NCBI GenBank assembly: GCA_963702475.1
Contig: CAVPCT010000005.1
Location: 768,001-832,000, forward strand
Reading direction: 5' to 3'
Source of the DNA: an uncultured Thermoleophilia bacterium
GTDB taxonomy: Bacteria > Actinomycetota > Thermoleophilia > UBA2241
DNA length: 64,000 nucleotides
Under the pieces are notes generated by a model that made no database searches, had not been told where the DNA came from, and saw only the letters and a list, made by a program, of their open reading frames with translations. The position numbers were made by a program, and so were the translations under genes. Shown here in pieces: positions 62,643 through 64,000 of this stretch (within the stretch, counting starts at the first letter, position 1; each line of letters opens with the position of its first letter).

Positions 62643-63437
62643 TCACTCGACCGCCCCGGCCCCCTCCGGCAGCAGCTGGCCGCCGTCCACGACGATGGTC
62701 TGGCCGGTGATGTACGCGGCCTCGTCGGAGGCCAGGAAGAGCATCGCGTAGCCGATGTCCTCAGGCGTGCCGAGCTTCTTCATGGGGATGGAGGCGGCCA
62801 GCGCGTCGATGTACTCCTGGCCCATGCCCTTCATGCCGGGCGTCAGGATGTTGCCGGGCATCACGGCGTTGATGGTGACACCCTGCTGGGCGACCTCGAT
62901 GGCGGCGCTGCGCATGAAGCCCAGCATCGCCGCCTTGGTCGCCCCGTAGTGGGCCCAGCCGGGGTAGCCGGTCACCGGTCCGGTGACCGACGAGGTGAGC
63001 ACGATACGGCCGTAGCCGCGCTCGCGCATGCCGGCCACCACGGACTTGACCATGAAGAACATGCCCTTGACGTTGATGGCGAAGATGCCGTCCCAGTCGG
63101 CCTCCGTCATGTCGGCGAGAAACGCCTGCGGATAGATGCCGGCGTTGCTGACGAGCACGTCGATGCGGCCGTGCGTGTCGAGCACGCAGCGCACGGCCGA
63201 CGCGCACGATGCCTCGCTCGTCACGTCGACCTTGAGGAACTCGACCGTGCTTCCGCCGGCCGACAGCTCGGCCGCCGCCTGCGTGCCGGCGGCCTCGTCG
63301 ATGTCGGCGATGTAGAGCGTCGCGCCCTCGCCGGCGAACACGCCGGCGATGCCGCGGCCGATGCCCTTGGCGGCGCCGGTGATGAGCGTCACCCTGTCAT
63401 GCATGCGGTCTGCCACGATGGTCCTCCTCGCGTCCAT
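62643..63437 (-). CDS. Short-chain dehydrogenase/reductase (FabG-like)
   Basis: TGAAKGIG, SNAG, YGATK, VDGG. Confidence 0.93.
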   Translation of the reverse strand: MDARRTIVADRMHDRVTLITGAAKGIGRGIAGVFAGEGATLYIADIDEAAGTQAAAELSAGGSTVEFLKVDVTSEASCASAVRCVLDTHGRIDVLVSNAGIYPQAFLADMTEADWDGIFAINVKGMFFMVKSVVAGMRERGYGRIVLTSSVTGPVTGYPGWAHYGATKAAMLGFMRSAAIEVAQQGVTINAVMPGNILTPGMKGMGQEYIDALAASIPMKKLGTPEDIGYAMLFLASDEAAYITGQTIVVDGGQLLPEGAGAVE

Positions 63438-63559
63438 GGGGATCCGGAGACCGCGCGATCGCCCGCCGGCCTGCGCCCCCGCAGGCGACGAGGGGGGCGA
63501 CTGCCGCCGCCCCCCTCGTGCCTACGTGCCTTCTGTGCTGCGCGCTGTGCGCGCCGGTC

Positions 63560-64000
63560 TCAGTACTCCTTGATGCCGTCCGGGGTCTCCATCCAGACGG
63601 GCTCCTTGCGCCACTTCCACACGATCATCCAGATCCACAGGACGGCGCCGATGCCGAGGTACTCGAGCATCACGGTGTAGCCGGCCTGGCCGAGCACGGT
63701 GAGGAAGGCGAACACCACCGAGATGATGAGGCTCAGCACGCGCATGAACATGCCGCCCGGGATCTTGTACGGACGCGGCCAGTCGGGATGCTTGATGGCC
63801 GCGCGGATGGATGCCGCGGAGATGATCGCGTAGCACGCGGCCGCGGCGAACGCCATGAGCGTGAAGAAGTTCTGCAGGAAGCTGCTGTAGTTCATGGTGA
63901 TGATGGCCGCCAGGCTGATCCCCAGGATGAGCAGGTTGGGGAGGATCGGCTGGTGGTGCTTGTTGGTCTTGGCGAACACCTTGGGCAGGAAGTTCTGACG
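63560..64000 (-). CDS. APC-family amino acid permease (C-terminal part)
   Basis: FLPKVFAKTNKHHQP, TM helices, RPYKIPGG motif; 5' end lies outside the window. Confidence 0.85.
   Translation of the reverse strand, partial: RQNFLPKVFAKTNKHHQPILPNLLILGISLAAIITMNYSSFLQNFFTLMAFAAAACYAIISAASIRAAIKHPDWPRPYKIPGGMFMRVLSLIISVVFAFLTVLGQAGYTVMLEYLGIGAVLWIWMIVWKWRKEPVWMETPDGIKEY

Overview
High-GC bacterial chromosomal window, most consistent with an Actinomycetota member (probably Thermoleophilia-like; this assignment is inference from gene content and the RpoB sequence). No mobile elements, CRISPR arrays or rRNA genes were seen. 1-7.4 kb holds the core rpmG-tRNA(Trp)-secE-nusG-rplKA-rplJL-rpoB cluster on the minus strand. 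7.7-27.8 kb is accessory and regulatory: CPBP protease, purine phosphorylase, M23-like protein, CAP protein, Hrq1/SftH-type helicase, PucR, Hsp20, GNATs, a MalT-like STAND/LuxR regulator, birA-bioY, a membrane HD-GYP phosphodiesterase and two MFS transporters. 27.8-50.4 kb is a mostly minus-strand anaerobic respiration supercluster: futalosine-pathway menaquinone genes, rex and heme biosynthesis genes (hemL, hemB, ahbD-like), interleaved with five multiheme cytochrome c genes (54 canonical CxxCH by manual count, plus atypical motifs). 50.5-64 kb holds an MFS, dhaKL plus a DhaM-HPr-EI fusion, a kinase, a SagB-like oxidoreductase, an orphan RiPP-type B12 radical SAM enzyme, a flavodoxin, SDRs and an APC permease. 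The most striking unexplained signal is two unannotated micro-ORFs directly upstream of the HD-GYP gene: MFVEYAKLHITADYAKLHITADYAKLH and MSKKIERTLASLLLALVAGGGSSKIH. Both end in K-[L/I]-H, which suggests a peptide-signal to c-di-GMP phosphodiesterase system. Several genes carry single-base frameshifts that look like assembly errors.
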